A DNA stretch of 64,000 nucleotides from a virus (taxonomy: Duplodnaviria; Caudoviricetes): the IMG/VR virus record IMGVR_UViG_3300010049_000001, positions 1,510-65,509 of that record. One strand, written 5' to 3'. The notes under the pieces are model-generated. The model saw only the letters and a list, made by a program, of their open reading frames with translations, searched no databases and was not told the DNA's origin. The translations under genes were made by a program, and so were the position numbers. Numbering within the stretch: the first letter of the stretch is position 1; the number at the start of each line of letters is the position of its first letter. Shown here piece by piece: positions 55,325 through 64,000 of this stretch.

Positions 55325-55800
55325 CAAAAGGAAAATTCTTTCTTCTTTTAATTGCTGCCTTGTCTCTTTTTGGTGCAGGGTTCAAAGTTGGCAGTATGAA
55401 GGTCCAAGGAGAATTCGATGCTTCCGAAAAGGTTTGGCTCAAAAAAGTTGCTGATGGAGAAAAAGAACTTCGCGAGGCCAATGAAAAGAATCGGTTAAGA
55501 GAACAAGAACTTCTTATCAAGGTAAGGCTAGCAGAAGAAAATGCTCAGGCTGCATGGAGGAATTATGAAACTGCTACTATTGGTGTTGGTGATGCTACTA
55601 ACAAGCTGCTCAACGCTATCAAATCCACTTCCACCTCAGGTCAGCAATTGTCCGAATCTTCCTTCGCTGCCTGCCAGCGTCAACAGGAGCGACTATCCAT
55701 TGCGCTCGGAGAATGTGGAGCAGAAGTTAGAGAGTTGGTCAGAGCTTCTGACAAACAAGAATTAGAAAGACGTACCTGCCGAGATGGGTGGTCAGAATGA
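55321..55800 (+). CDS. i-spanin (Rz-like)
   Basis: N-terminal TM segment plus coiled coil; follows the endolysin. Confidence 0.8.
   Translation: MTKGKFFLLLIAALSLFGAGFKVGSMKVQGEFDASEKVWLKKVADGEKELREANEKNRLREQELLIKVRLAEENAQAAWRNYETATIGVGDATNKLLNAIKSTSTSGQQLSESSFAACQRQQERLSIALGECGAEVRELVRASDKQELERRTCRDGWSE
55565..55765 (+). CDS. o-spanin (Rz1-like lipoprotein) embedded in the i-spanin
   Basis: MKLLLLVLVMLLTS|C lipobox, Pro-rich, alternate frame inside Rz. Confidence 0.85.
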   Translation: MKLLLLVLVMLLTSCSTLSNPLPPQVSNCPNLPSLPASVNRSDYPLRSENVEQKLESWSELLTNKN

Positions 55801-57239
55801 CAGCTCTATACCAGCTCCCTGCCTATGACTGGAAATTACGCTTCTACCAAGAAGGGGCATGGTTAGCTATGGGTGGAGCTGGACCTGCTAAAAAGAAAAA
55901 GGAAGTTTGTCTAGCCTGGCATCGACGCGCTGGTAAGGACGAAATTGGAATGCATGCTGCTATTATTAACGCATTCAATCGCGTAGGTAATTATTGGCAT
56001 ATGCTTCCAAAGGCTGAACAATGCCGAAGAGCCATCTGGGAAGCTATAAACCCACGTACCGGACGAGTACGTTGGAAAGATTCTTTCCCAGCCGAGCTAA
56101 TTGCTCGTGTAGATAACCAAGCTATGCTTGTTCAATTCAAGAGCGGAAGCTCCTGGCAATTGCTTGGCTCAGATAATTACGATAATATTGTAGGAGCTCC
56201 GCCTGTATGGATCTTCTACTCGGAAGCCGCATTGGCGAATCCAGCGGCCTTTGGTTTTTTCCGGCCGATCTTAAAAGAGAACAAAGGAAGTGCTTGCTAT
56301 GTTTCTTCGGTACGCGGTCGGAATCATTTCCACAATATTTTTACGTCACTTGTTGGGAAAGATTACGCCTACACCTCACATCTCTCAGCAACCGAAACAG
56401 ATGTCTTTACACCAGAAGAGCTTGAAGAAGAAAGGCGTGCATACATCGCCCTCTACGGAAAAAGTCATGGGGAATCACTCTTCAGACAAGAATACTACTC
56501 CGACTGGGACGCCTCCAGCGTAGGTGCAGTATGGGGAGCCGAAATTGAAAAACTTAAAAGAGAAGGTCGTGCGAATATATGCAACTACGATCCTCGTTAT
56601 CCAGTTCTCACTTCTTGGGATCTGGGAACGAATGATCCTACTGTTATCCTCTTTTGGCAAGAAGTTGGAACAGATATTCGAATGATCGATTGGGCTATGG
56701 ATACTGCTGTAGGGATTGAACACTATGCTGAGATCCTTAAAAAGAAACCATATTTTTATATTGGTCATATCGCCCCGCATGATATAAAGAATATGGAATG
56801 GGGTTCAGGCGAGACTAGAATAATGCATGCTAAGAAGTTTGGTATTGAATTTACTCCAATACCAAGGGTTAAGGTAAAGGCAGAAGATATTGGTTATGGT
56901 GCTTCGTTATTGAACCGGTGTATCATCAATGTCCATGAACGTAGAGATGAAATTACAAGCGATTGTAAATATATTCTTGATGCTCTAACTATGTATCATT
57001 ATAAATTTCATGAAGAAAGAAAAATTCTTAGTACTGAACCAGAACATGATTGGACATCTCACTTTGCTGATGCATTTATGACTATGGGTCACTATCAAGC
57101 TATGAAGCGTTCTTCAACGAACCTCGTGCCTCAGAGGTTACAAGGGGCATATAATGGGGTACCGTTAGATCCGACTTTTGGTAAATGGACTATCGATCCG
57201 AAACCAAGCTATGGCGCTCGAAGCGCACTAGGATTCTGA
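55788..57239 (+). CDS. Terminase large subunit
   Basis: WHRRAGKD Walker A, LGSDN, YSEAAL, SWDLG..DPT, APHD, HDWTSHFADAF. Confidence 0.93.
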   Translation: MVRMTALYQLPAYDWKLRFYQEGAWLAMGGAGPAKKKKEVCLAWHRRAGKDEIGMHAAIINAFNRVGNYWHMLPKAEQCRRAIWEAINPRTGRVRWKDSFPAELIARVDNQAMLVQFKSGSSWQLLGSDNYDNIVGAPPVWIFYSEAALANPAAFGFFRPILKENKGSACYVSSVRGRNHFHNIFTSLVGKDYAYTSHLSATETDVFTPEELEEERRAYIALYGKSHGESLFRQEYYSDWDASSVGAVWGAEIEKLKREGRANICNYDPRYPVLTSWDLGTNDPTVILFWQEVGTDIRMIDWAMDTAVGIEHYAEILKKKPYFYIGHIAPHDIKNMEWGSGETRIMHAKKFGIEFTPIPRVKVKAEDIGYGASLLNRCIINVHERRDEITSDCKYILDALTMYHYKFHEERKILSTEPEHDWTSHFADAFMTMGHYQAMKRSSTNLVPQRLQGAYNGVPLDPTFGKWTIDPKPSYGARSALGF

Positions 57240-57240
57240 A

Positions 57241-59307
57241 ATGGCTGAGAAGATCGAACTCACCGAACCGATGCTAGATGAACTAGCTGATATTGTTGTT
57301 CGCCGATATGTAGATGCTTGGAACCATAAGAATCTTACACGGGTATATAGTGAGCTTACCATTGCAGAACAACTTCGTCGTGCTGATAGACAGATCAGAA
57401 AACAATATACACCAGAACAACGTCAAGCACTCCAAGAAATTTTTGGACCGACTTGTGCTCTCAAATATGATTCGATTACCCAAGAAAAAGTTGAAGCCGT
57501 TACCGATTGGTATTCAGATCTTTTCTTAACTAGCTTAGATAAAGTATTCACTATCAAACCTACACCTGAACCGGAACTTGATGAAGCTTCAAAAGATAAA
57601 ATCCGTGAAGAAATAAAGATAGCATTGTGGAAAAAGATGCAAGAGGCTGGGGTTAATGATCCGCAGTTGCTTATGCTCCCGAATGGTCAGCCCTCCCCGC
57701 AACTTAAAGGTTTTCTCGAAGAACAGATTCGTGCCTTAAGAAAGATAGAGCAGACACGAATTCTTGCCTTGGCACAGGACTCCGCAGATATTGTAGCTAA
57801 TAAGATGCGTGACATTGTAGTCGAAGGAAACTTCCGGCAGAACTATAGCCAGTACAGACGGGATTGTTTTTTGTATGGTATTGGTATAATTCAGTTTCCA
57901 TTCTGGCAGCGCAAAAGAGTTCTTAAGCATTCAGGTAAAAGAGGACGACCAGCACATGCAGTGAAGCCAACCTTTCGTCGAATTTCGCCGCATGATTTTT
58001 TTCCGTCACCAGAGGCAACCAGAGATATACAAACGTGTCTTGGTGTTACCGAACGTCGATTAGTCACCCGTATTGACCTGATACACATGGCTAATCAAAA
58101 AGAATATCGTGGCGAGGCGATTGCAGATCTTCTAGAAGAATATCAAATGAAGAGTCGTGGATGGCTTCCATCACAAATGGACTTTCATGACCAATGGGTC
58201 TCCTCTTACTGGGGGCCGGATGAAACAATTACGGTACTGATCCATGAGGGATATTTTACTGGTTCCGATATGGAGAAGTTAGGTATAACTGGAATAAAGA
58301 CTACTGATTATGTTAATGCACGAATCGAAGTCTGCGGACGGCGTACCATCCGAGCTGAACTTCTCAAAGCTCCCTTCGGTAATGAGCGTAGCTATTATGG
58401 CGTACCTCTTTCTATTACTGGTGATGGTTTTTGGGATACCGTTGGTATTGCTGCCCGGGTAGCGGATACTGAGGCACGAATTAATGTCATCATGCACACC
58501 GCAATCGACAATATGGATTGGGCTGCGAGGCCACCGGTGATGACAGATTCAGATGCATTTAAGAATCCAAATGATGCAAAGAATATTGTACCAGGCCGAC
58601 GTTATGAGGTGAACGATCAATATACCAATAATAACGTTCCTGATCCAATCCGGCCGATGAAAACGGTATCGGCTCAATATCACATGCTTATTACAGAAGC
58701 CAATGTCCTCAAGAAACGATCAGATGATGAGTCAGGTATCCCGGCGTATGCATATGGACAAGCTGAGTACGGAAGAGCGAGCCTTGGTGAGTTTGCTCAG
58801 CGGATGTCTAATGCCCTCAGAGCTGTTAAAGGCGCAGCTCGAAAAGAGGACGAATACTTCGTCGAACCTGCTTTTGAAACGCTCTTTAGATACCTTATGG
58901 AAACGGAAAAGGATCTCGCCATCGGAGCTGACCTCGAGTGCGTTGTGCGTGGTATGGCAGGCCTCCTAGAAGAATCTAAACAGCAGGTGGATAAACAAAC
59001 AGCCATTCCGATTGCGGTTGAAGGAAATCAGATGGGAGTGGTTAGCGAGGATGTCGTTAAGGTCGCTTTCCGTGAAGCCCTCAAGGAATATGGTATTCCA
59101 GTGGATGCTATATCGCCAGATGACGACCCATTGGTTAATCGTGCTATGTCTCTAGCCTCTGGTGGTAGTACTCCAAATATGGGTGGCTCCGGAGCTAGTC
59201 CGATGACCACACAACAAGTTCCACAGCTTGATGCTAGAAGTACTTCTGGCGGAGCATTGAATCAAACGATGGCGTCACCCTCTGGCGCTTCTCCTGGAGT
59301 AATTTGA
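57241..59307 (+). CDS. Portal protein
   Basis: 688 aa directly after terL; ISPHDFFP, GFW..GI.....D, D.SGIPAY..G, GEFAQRMSNA. Confidence 0.85.
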   Translation: MAEKIELTEPMLDELADIVVRRYVDAWNHKNLTRVYSELTIAEQLRRADRQIRKQYTPEQRQALQEIFGPTCALKYDSITQEKVEAVTDWYSDLFLTSLDKVFTIKPTPEPELDEASKDKIREEIKIALWKKMQEAGVNDPQLLMLPNGQPSPQLKGFLEEQIRALRKIEQTRILALAQDSADIVANKMRDIVVEGNFRQNYSQYRRDCFLYGIGIIQFPFWQRKRVLKHSGKRGRPAHAVKPTFRRISPHDFFPSPEATRDIQTCLGVTERRLVTRIDLIHMANQKEYRGEAIADLLEEYQMKSRGWLPSQMDFHDQWVSSYWGPDETITVLIHEGYFTGSDMEKLGITGIKTTDYVNARIEVCGRRTIRAELLKAPFGNERSYYGVPLSITGDGFWDTVGIAARVADTEARINVIMHTAIDNMDWAARPPVMTDSDAFKNPNDAKNIVPGRRYEVNDQYTNNNVPDPIRPMKTVSAQYHMLITEANVLKKRSDDESGIPAYAYGQAEYGRASLGEFAQRMSNALRAVKGAARKEDEYFVEPAFETLFRYLMETEKDLAIGADLECVVRGMAGLLEESKQQVDKQTAIPIAVEGNQMGVVSEDVVKVAFREALKEYGIPVDAISPDDDPLVNRAMSLASGGSTPNMGGSGASPMTTQQVPQLDARSTSGGALNQTMASPSGASPGVI

Positions 59308-59308
59308 A

Positions 59309-61270
59309 ATGAAAAAATTAGTGTTTAGTCCGAAATCCACCTTGAATGATAGTGTGGTTTTTATGGTCGGAAGCACGTCTCCAGTTGTAGAGGCGCGCGG
59401 GATTCCAGAAAGTGTAACTATCTACCTCGAAGTTATCTATGTTGATCCGACAAGGCCACCAATTGCTGGTCTTGAGAATCATCATCTTGGACGCATAGAT
59501 GAGATCATGCGTCAATCTATCATCGGTGTTCATCGTATTCCATGCTACGATTGCAAGAACATTGAAGAAGGTTACACTATAGGGCACGTGAGAAGGGTAA
59601 CCCGTCGCCAGCCTCTCATGATTGTTGATCTTCCAACAACTACCTACTACCGTTTTGTATGGGAAGGACCAGAACTTGGAGAGCATTGGGTATTCCTACA
59701 TGAAGAAACCGATGCCGTTCCGATGTATGGCGATGCTACCAAGGGTTGCCCATGCATTCTTCACGAAGAAGATCCTAATTTGTGGGTCTTTAGTGGAAAC
59801 ATTCGTTGTAATATCGAAGATGATGTAGTAGAGTGGCAATACATCTACAACGATGGAACATCCAATCGCCAAGTGTGGTTGGTTAAAGAACCACTTACCT
59901 GGCGGGATACTGGTGTAATTCGCGAAAACGGTGAAAACCCAAGCGATGAACACTACGATATTCAACAAGTCAATAACTGCGGCGGCCTTCGTTGGCAGTC
60001 AAGACCTTGGATGTTGTGGTCTGATACCGGAAAATATCGTTCGGTATGTCCAGATACCAACCATGAATATGAAAAAGAACAAAAGAATGACTTTGGTCGC
60101 TTCCGTTGGGTACCGGTTGATTGTGTAGATTGGGTTGATACGGCGAATCAACGTGAACTCTGCGAACCAGATGATGAGATCTTTGAACAAGAACAGCGTA
60201 ATCAGTTCGGTGGTACTCAATGGGTAGAAAAGACATGTATGTTCTGGACTAATACAGGACTTGTTCGTCCTGTTTGTCCTGACACCAATGACAACTACGA
60301 ACTTCAGCAAGTGAATCAGTTTGGACGTTTCCGTTGGGTAGAAGTAGATTGCGTCAATTGGACTCCTACAGGAAAATATCGGGAGCTATGTCCTCAAAGC
60401 GACGACGAATATGAATTTGAGGAATCAAATCAGTATGGTGGTACGCGTTGGACAATCTTTGAATGTGGTATGGAATGGAGTGACACTGGTGTTACCCGGG
60501 AGAAGGTTGATATTACTGAGGGCGATCCAGATGAAGAGCCTCCTACCGAAGATACCTTCCTGTTCAATGATGAAATCTATGAAAAGCAACAGGTCAATCG
60601 TTTTGGGCGCTTGCGCTGGATTGATGCTGAGTATGTAGTATGGGAAGATACCGGTGAAACTCGTGAGATTATGAATTTCGTTGAAGGCGATCCAGAGGCT
60701 GTTCCGCCAACTGAAGATACCTTTGAAGAAGAGGATTACTTGTATGAGAAACAGCAGGTAAATCAGTTTGGAAGATTCCGTTGGCTCGAAGCGACCATTC
60801 CAATGCAATGGTCAGCGACAGGAAAATTCCAAACAGCTGATTCTGGAGCTGTTAAGCAGCAGCTTGTAAATCAGTTCGGGCGGTTCACTTGGGAAGTTCT
60901 TGAAACCTACATAGCTCCAGTAGCGTTTATTCCGTATGCGGCTCGTGCTGAAGAGCTTACTACAGCGATCAACGGTATGTATGATTCTGGAACAGGTGAA
61001 GTTGACTTAACAGCAACTAAGACTATTGTTAGGGTAAGTTCAGCAGTTACCGTAGAGAAAGGGTATGGATTCATTGCCGGTGATCTAACAGCTGATCCTG
61101 ATGCAACTGTTCTCGTTTCACATCCTTTAACTGGTGCAGCAGACTTTGTCGCAATCTACCCAGCACCTTTACCAAACGCGACAATCGAGGTGTATGATTC
61201 TCTTGTAGATCCACACGCACCACCAGTGTTGCTAGGCTATGCAAGGAATAATCCACTTGGTATTTTGTAA
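59309..61270 (+). CDS. Acidic repeat protein (8-9 W..TG..R...YE..Q.NQFG..RW units), putative head fibre
   Basis: Repeats visible in the translation; lies between portal and scaffold. Confidence 0.7.
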   Translation: MKKLVFSPKSTLNDSVVFMVGSTSPVVEARGIPESVTIYLEVIYVDPTRPPIAGLENHHLGRIDEIMRQSIIGVHRIPCYDCKNIEEGYTIGHVRRVTRRQPLMIVDLPTTTYYRFVWEGPELGEHWVFLHEETDAVPMYGDATKGCPCILHEEDPNLWVFSGNIRCNIEDDVVEWQYIYNDGTSNRQVWLVKEPLTWRDTGVIRENGENPSDEHYDIQQVNNCGGLRWQSRPWMLWSDTGKYRSVCPDTNHEYEKEQKNDFGRFRWVPVDCVDWVDTANQRELCEPDDEIFEQEQRNQFGGTQWVEKTCMFWTNTGLVRPVCPDTNDNYELQQVNQFGRFRWVEVDCVNWTPTGKYRELCPQSDDEYEFEESNQYGGTRWTIFECGMEWSDTGVTREKVDITEGDPDEEPPTEDTFLFNDEIYEKQQVNRFGRLRWIDAEYVVWEDTGETREIMNFVEGDPEAVPPTEDTFEEEDYLYEKQQVNQFGRFRWLEATIPMQWSATGKFQTADSGAVKQQLVNQFGRFTWEVLETYIAPVAFIPYAARAEELTTAINGMYDSGTGEVDLTATKTIVRVSSAVTVEKGYGFIAGDLTADPDATVLVSHPLTGAADFVAIYPAPLPNATIEVYDSLVDPHAPPVLLGYARNNPLGIL

Positions 61271-61277
61271 GTCCCTC

Positions 61278-61306
61278 TTGCCATGGGATTTTGCAATCGG
61301 TATAAT
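61278..61306 (+). promoter_or_regulatory. Near-consensus sigma70 promoter for the capsid operon
   Basis: TTGCCA-17 nt-TATAAT. Confidence 0.85.
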
Positions 61307-61329
61307 CGCCTTACATAAGGAGGTCTATC

Positions 61330-61515
61330 ATGGCATCGTTTAATGGCTTTTCCGGGAACTTTAAGTTCGGATCAGGGGCGACTGCCGTCCATGTTACGCC
61401 TGTAAAGTTTACTCCGAAGGTTACCTCTGGTAGTACAGCTCCCAGTCGTGGACCAAATCCTATTACCTCGCCTCTCAAAGTTTCTGGTCAGTGTAGGAAC
61501 TGCGGTGGCAGATAA
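61330..61515 (+). CDS. Small basic protein
   Basis: AAGGAGG SD; 61 aa ending CRNCGGR. Confidence 0.7.
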   Translation: MASFNGFSGNFKFGSGATAVHVTPVKFTPKVTSGSTAPSRGPNPITSPLKVSGQCRNCGGR

Positions 61516-61750
61516 TTTTACTCATCTCGAGGATGATCAGGTTCTTAAGTTGTTGACCGAAGAGATCGGTCGCAACCCGAGGCTCCAAGATTTACTCCTC
61601 GAGCATTGCAACCGGCTAAAGATGCATGTCGTTGAAACGATGTCTAAGCTTAGACCACCAGTGGATCACTCCTATGTAGAGCGAAACCTTGGTGTGATGA
61701 ATATGCTAGACCGCCTCTTAAACATAGCCAAATCTAATCAGCCAAACTAG
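61448..61750 (+). CDS. Hypothetical head-assembly protein
   Basis: Helical ORF before the scaffold; the true start may be GTG near 61505. Confidence 0.55.
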   Translation: MDQILLPRLSKFLVSVGTAVADNFTHLEDDQVLKLLTEEIGRNPRLQDLLLEHCNRLKMHVVETMSKLRPPVDHSYVERNLGVMNMLDRLLNIAKSNQPN

Positions 61751-61759
61751 GAGACTACA

Positions 61760-62623
61760 ATGCCTGATCCGTTACCCGCCTCGGTTACAGGTCAACAGAC
61801 GCCACCCGCTGCTGCGCCGGCTTCCCTTACACCTGAGCAGATTCGTATTCAGCAACTCGAACAACAACTGGCCGCTGCAAATGGGCGTGTAGCTCCAATG
61901 CAGCAACAGTTGGCAGCGTCACAACAAGCGCTAGCAGAAGCAAAGCGCATCCAAGACCAACGCGATCTTGAGTTTGGTAAGCGGATTTCATCTTTGGAAG
62001 GAACGCTGCAACGGACAACCTCTGTAGCATTTGATCCTCTCAAGGCATTGACTCCTGAGGAAGCTGCAATCCTCGACCCGGAACAACAAGCCGTATTCGC
62101 CAAGATGTTGGCTTCTGTTGCACAAGCTGTACCTGCGGTAGCTGAGCAACAGACCAAGCAGATGTTTGAACAGTTTTCCGCCGAATATGCTGAACGGGAT
62201 CGGCAGAGTTATCTAAACTATATGTTGAATGATCCTACTAGGGGTCTATCGGATGTTCCGACACTTATGAACGATCCGAAATTCAATACCTGGCTTAATA
62301 CAACTGACGAAGGTCAGCTTGCTGAGCTTGCTCTACGCAATCTGGCCTCTGCACCAAAGCAAGATATGGATAGGTTGGCAAAAATCGCAAGGCGAGTTCT
62401 CCAACCTTACCAGCAAACTCAGACTCCACCAGCACAACCCGGAGTGGACTTACAATCGCGTCTCGCGAGCGCAGCTCAGAGACAACCAACCGAGATTGAC
62501 CAGACCAAAATAAATGAGATGGCTGCTCGAGCAGAACAGTTGGCACGTTCCCGCAACCCTGCTGATCGGCAAGAGTCTGCAAGGCTCATAGCTGAGATGC
62601 GTAAATTTCAACCTAAGAGGTAA
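61760..62623 (+). CDS. Capsid scaffolding protein
   Basis: Q/A coiled coil with a basic C-terminus, immediately upstream of the major capsid gene. Confidence 0.75.
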   Translation: MPDPLPASVTGQQTPPAAAPASLTPEQIRIQQLEQQLAAANGRVAPMQQQLAASQQALAEAKRIQDQRDLEFGKRISSLEGTLQRTTSVAFDPLKALTPEEAAILDPEQQAVFAKMLASVAQAVPAVAEQQTKQMFEQFSAEYAERDRQSYLNYMLNDPTRGLSDVPTLMNDPKFNTWLNTTDEGQLAELALRNLASAPKQDMDRLAKIARRVLQPYQQTQTPPAQPGVDLQSRLASAAQRQPTEIDQTKINEMAARAEQLARSRNPADRQESARLIAEMRKFQPKR

Positions 62624-62629
62624 CTCGAA

Positions 62630-63628
62630 ATGGCTGGATTGAATGTTGCCGCTGCTGGCTATGCCCAAGTAGACGGCTATTTTACTCCCCCGATTTTGAC
62701 CAGTGCGATCTCGTATGCGTACCACCAATGCGCTATCACTCCGCATCTGGCAAAATCTAATTTTCTCGGTGACCAAGAACTCTTTTGCGGTTCCCGGGCA
62801 ATCTTCGGTCGCGAGACTGACATTGAATGGTTCGGCTTCGGTACGGACAACAATGAAGACCCGCCGGTAACTCCTGGTCCAAGCGTTGATCCCGACGCTA
62901 TCACGATTTGCCAGCTGAGCAAGTTCCAGATCAAGCTATCCGATCGGGATCGTATGCTAATGTGCAATCATTACGATGAGTGGATCAAGATTTTGGAACG
63001 TCAGATCGACAAGAATATCATCATGGAGATTGACAACTACAGTCTTCCGTTGATCCTTGCCTCTGCTCATCCGGACAACGTTGGCAAACATGCCGGCATG
63101 CTCAACCATACCGTTGACCTTGGTGGTCAAGGTGGTTCGGGCGAGGAGCCGCTGCCGACCGCCACCATCGACAATTTCATCACCTTGATTGATAACATGA
63201 TCGAAGTTAGCTCTCAAGCGGGTTGGTTCTGCGATCCGGTTGAAACAGCGACTCCAGGTGAAGAAGTTGCCAATCCTGTGTTGGTAATCCCGTCCAAGCT
63301 TCGTGGGCTTGCCCAGAAGTATATCCGTGAAAACCAAAGCTGCTGTACCGACACCGGTGCTGCATACCGTTCTGGAGTCATCGGAATGGTTAACGGAATG
63401 GATATTGTGGTCTCGCAACGTCTGCAACCCGCGCGTATCGCTGGTAGTACTTTGATCGCACAGGTCTTGTTGGTCGATCCGAACCAAATCCTTCACGCCT
63501 TCAAGCTCTTGTCTAACAAGATCTGGGAAGGTAAGTTCGAACAATACTTTGTCGGGCAATACGCATACGACACCCACGTCATCAATCCGTATGGTGTGAT
63601 CGTGGCGAACGCTCAAGTGGCCGGCTAA
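62630..63628 (+). CDS. Major capsid protein (HK97 fold)
   Basis: 332 aa; FTPPILTSAI, I.IC.LSKFQIKLSDRD, IGMVNGMDIVVSQRL, YDTHVINPYGV. Confidence 0.85.
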   Translation: MAGLNVAAAGYAQVDGYFTPPILTSAISYAYHQCAITPHLAKSNFLGDQELFCGSRAIFGRETDIEWFGFGTDNNEDPPVTPGPSVDPDAITICQLSKFQIKLSDRDRMLMCNHYDEWIKILERQIDKNIIMEIDNYSLPLILASAHPDNVGKHAGMLNHTVDLGGQGGSGEEPLPTATIDNFITLIDNMIEVSSQAGWFCDPVETATPGEEVANPVLVIPSKLRGLAQKYIRENQSCCTDTGAAYRSGVIGMVNGMDIVVSQRLQPARIAGSTLIAQVLLVDPNQILHAFKLLSNKIWEGKFEQYFVGQYAYDTHVINPYGVIVANAQVAG

Positions 63629-63639
63629 GGAGACCAATC

Positions 63640-64000
63640 ATGGCCTGGAATGAAATTGATGGCAACACCCTTCAGATGTTTGCTGGTGGCCGTCGCAATC
63701 TTGATGTCTTTGCTCGCACTTTGGGTAAAGGTACATGCGATTGCGACGTCATTGGTGTAGCGCAAGACCGGCTTGTCAACCCTTTGCAATTCGATAGGGG
63801 CTTGTCTCACCTTTCGCCAAGCGGCGGGCGCGAGACTTTTTTCTTCGGAAACCATCAGCAGAAGGTTCTTAATCTAGAACTAAAAGCTCATCTTAATCGC
63901 GTCGGCGTTGGTGCTCTGGTTGAGATCATTGCGATCCCGACCGGTAGTGTTATTACTGGGCTTTCCGTCGGCGTTTATTCGATGGATGATGGGCTCAAGT
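63640..64000 (+). CDS. Gene after the capsid (decoration/cement candidate), truncated by the window end
   Basis: AAGGAG SD; MAWNEIDGNTLQMFAGGRRN... open to 64000. Confidence 0.65.
   Translation, partial: MAWNEIDGNTLQMFAGGRRNLDVFARTLGKGTCDCDVIGVAQDRLVNPLQFDRGLSHLSPSGGRETFFFGNHQQKVLNLELKAHLNRVGVGALVEIIAIPTGSVITGLSVGVYSMDDGLK

Noticed and set aside
62957-63637. 226-aa antisense ORF over the major capsid gene
   Set aside because: Shadow ORF expected from biased codon usage; no SD or recognisable motifs.
1-64000. Temperate lifestyle, alternative genetic code, or phage RNA polymerase
   Set aside because: No integrase or CI-like repressor; long ORFs are intact under the standard code with all three stops used; promoters are sigma70-like and no RNAP motifs were found.

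Overview
The window is most of one ~64-kb-plus genome of a tailed dsDNA phage with a Gram-negative host (embedded Rz/Rz1 spanins) and a podovirus-like virion (large internal/ejection proteins, no tape measure or sheath recognised). I saw no integrase, repressor, RNA polymerase, tRNA or CRISPR array. Layout: (+) head-tail and ejection proteins 1-15154; (-) replication and DNA-modification arm 15147-39318; a non-coding strand-switch/control region at about 38450-39750; (+) terS, a long mosaic fibre cluster, a Com-like/His-Cys cassette, lysis genes, terL, portal, a repeat protein, scaffold and major capsid 39750-64000. The minus arm carries RusA, family-A DNA polymerase, a beta-clamp homolog, a 7-deazaguanine modification cluster (dpdA, PRTase-folE, queD, queC, queE), SF2 helicase, exonuclease, SSB, Sak4-like ATPase, HD hydrolase, primase and small early genes. 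Top leads: (1) a deazaguanine pathway with a PRTase-FolE fusion, a QueC lacking its Zn cysteines, and a DpdA ending in a clamp-binding-like motif next to the phage clamp gene; (2) a ~410-nt pseudoknotted non-coding RNA, plus a structured leader upstream of queE; (3) fibre genes that end in WVQH followed by genes that start with VTHH, suggesting chain-linked fibres; (4) a Com-like zinc ribbon followed by a His/Cys-rich protein; (5) a dense CATG cluster at the strand switch. All protein-family calls come from motif recognition by eye; no database searches were run.
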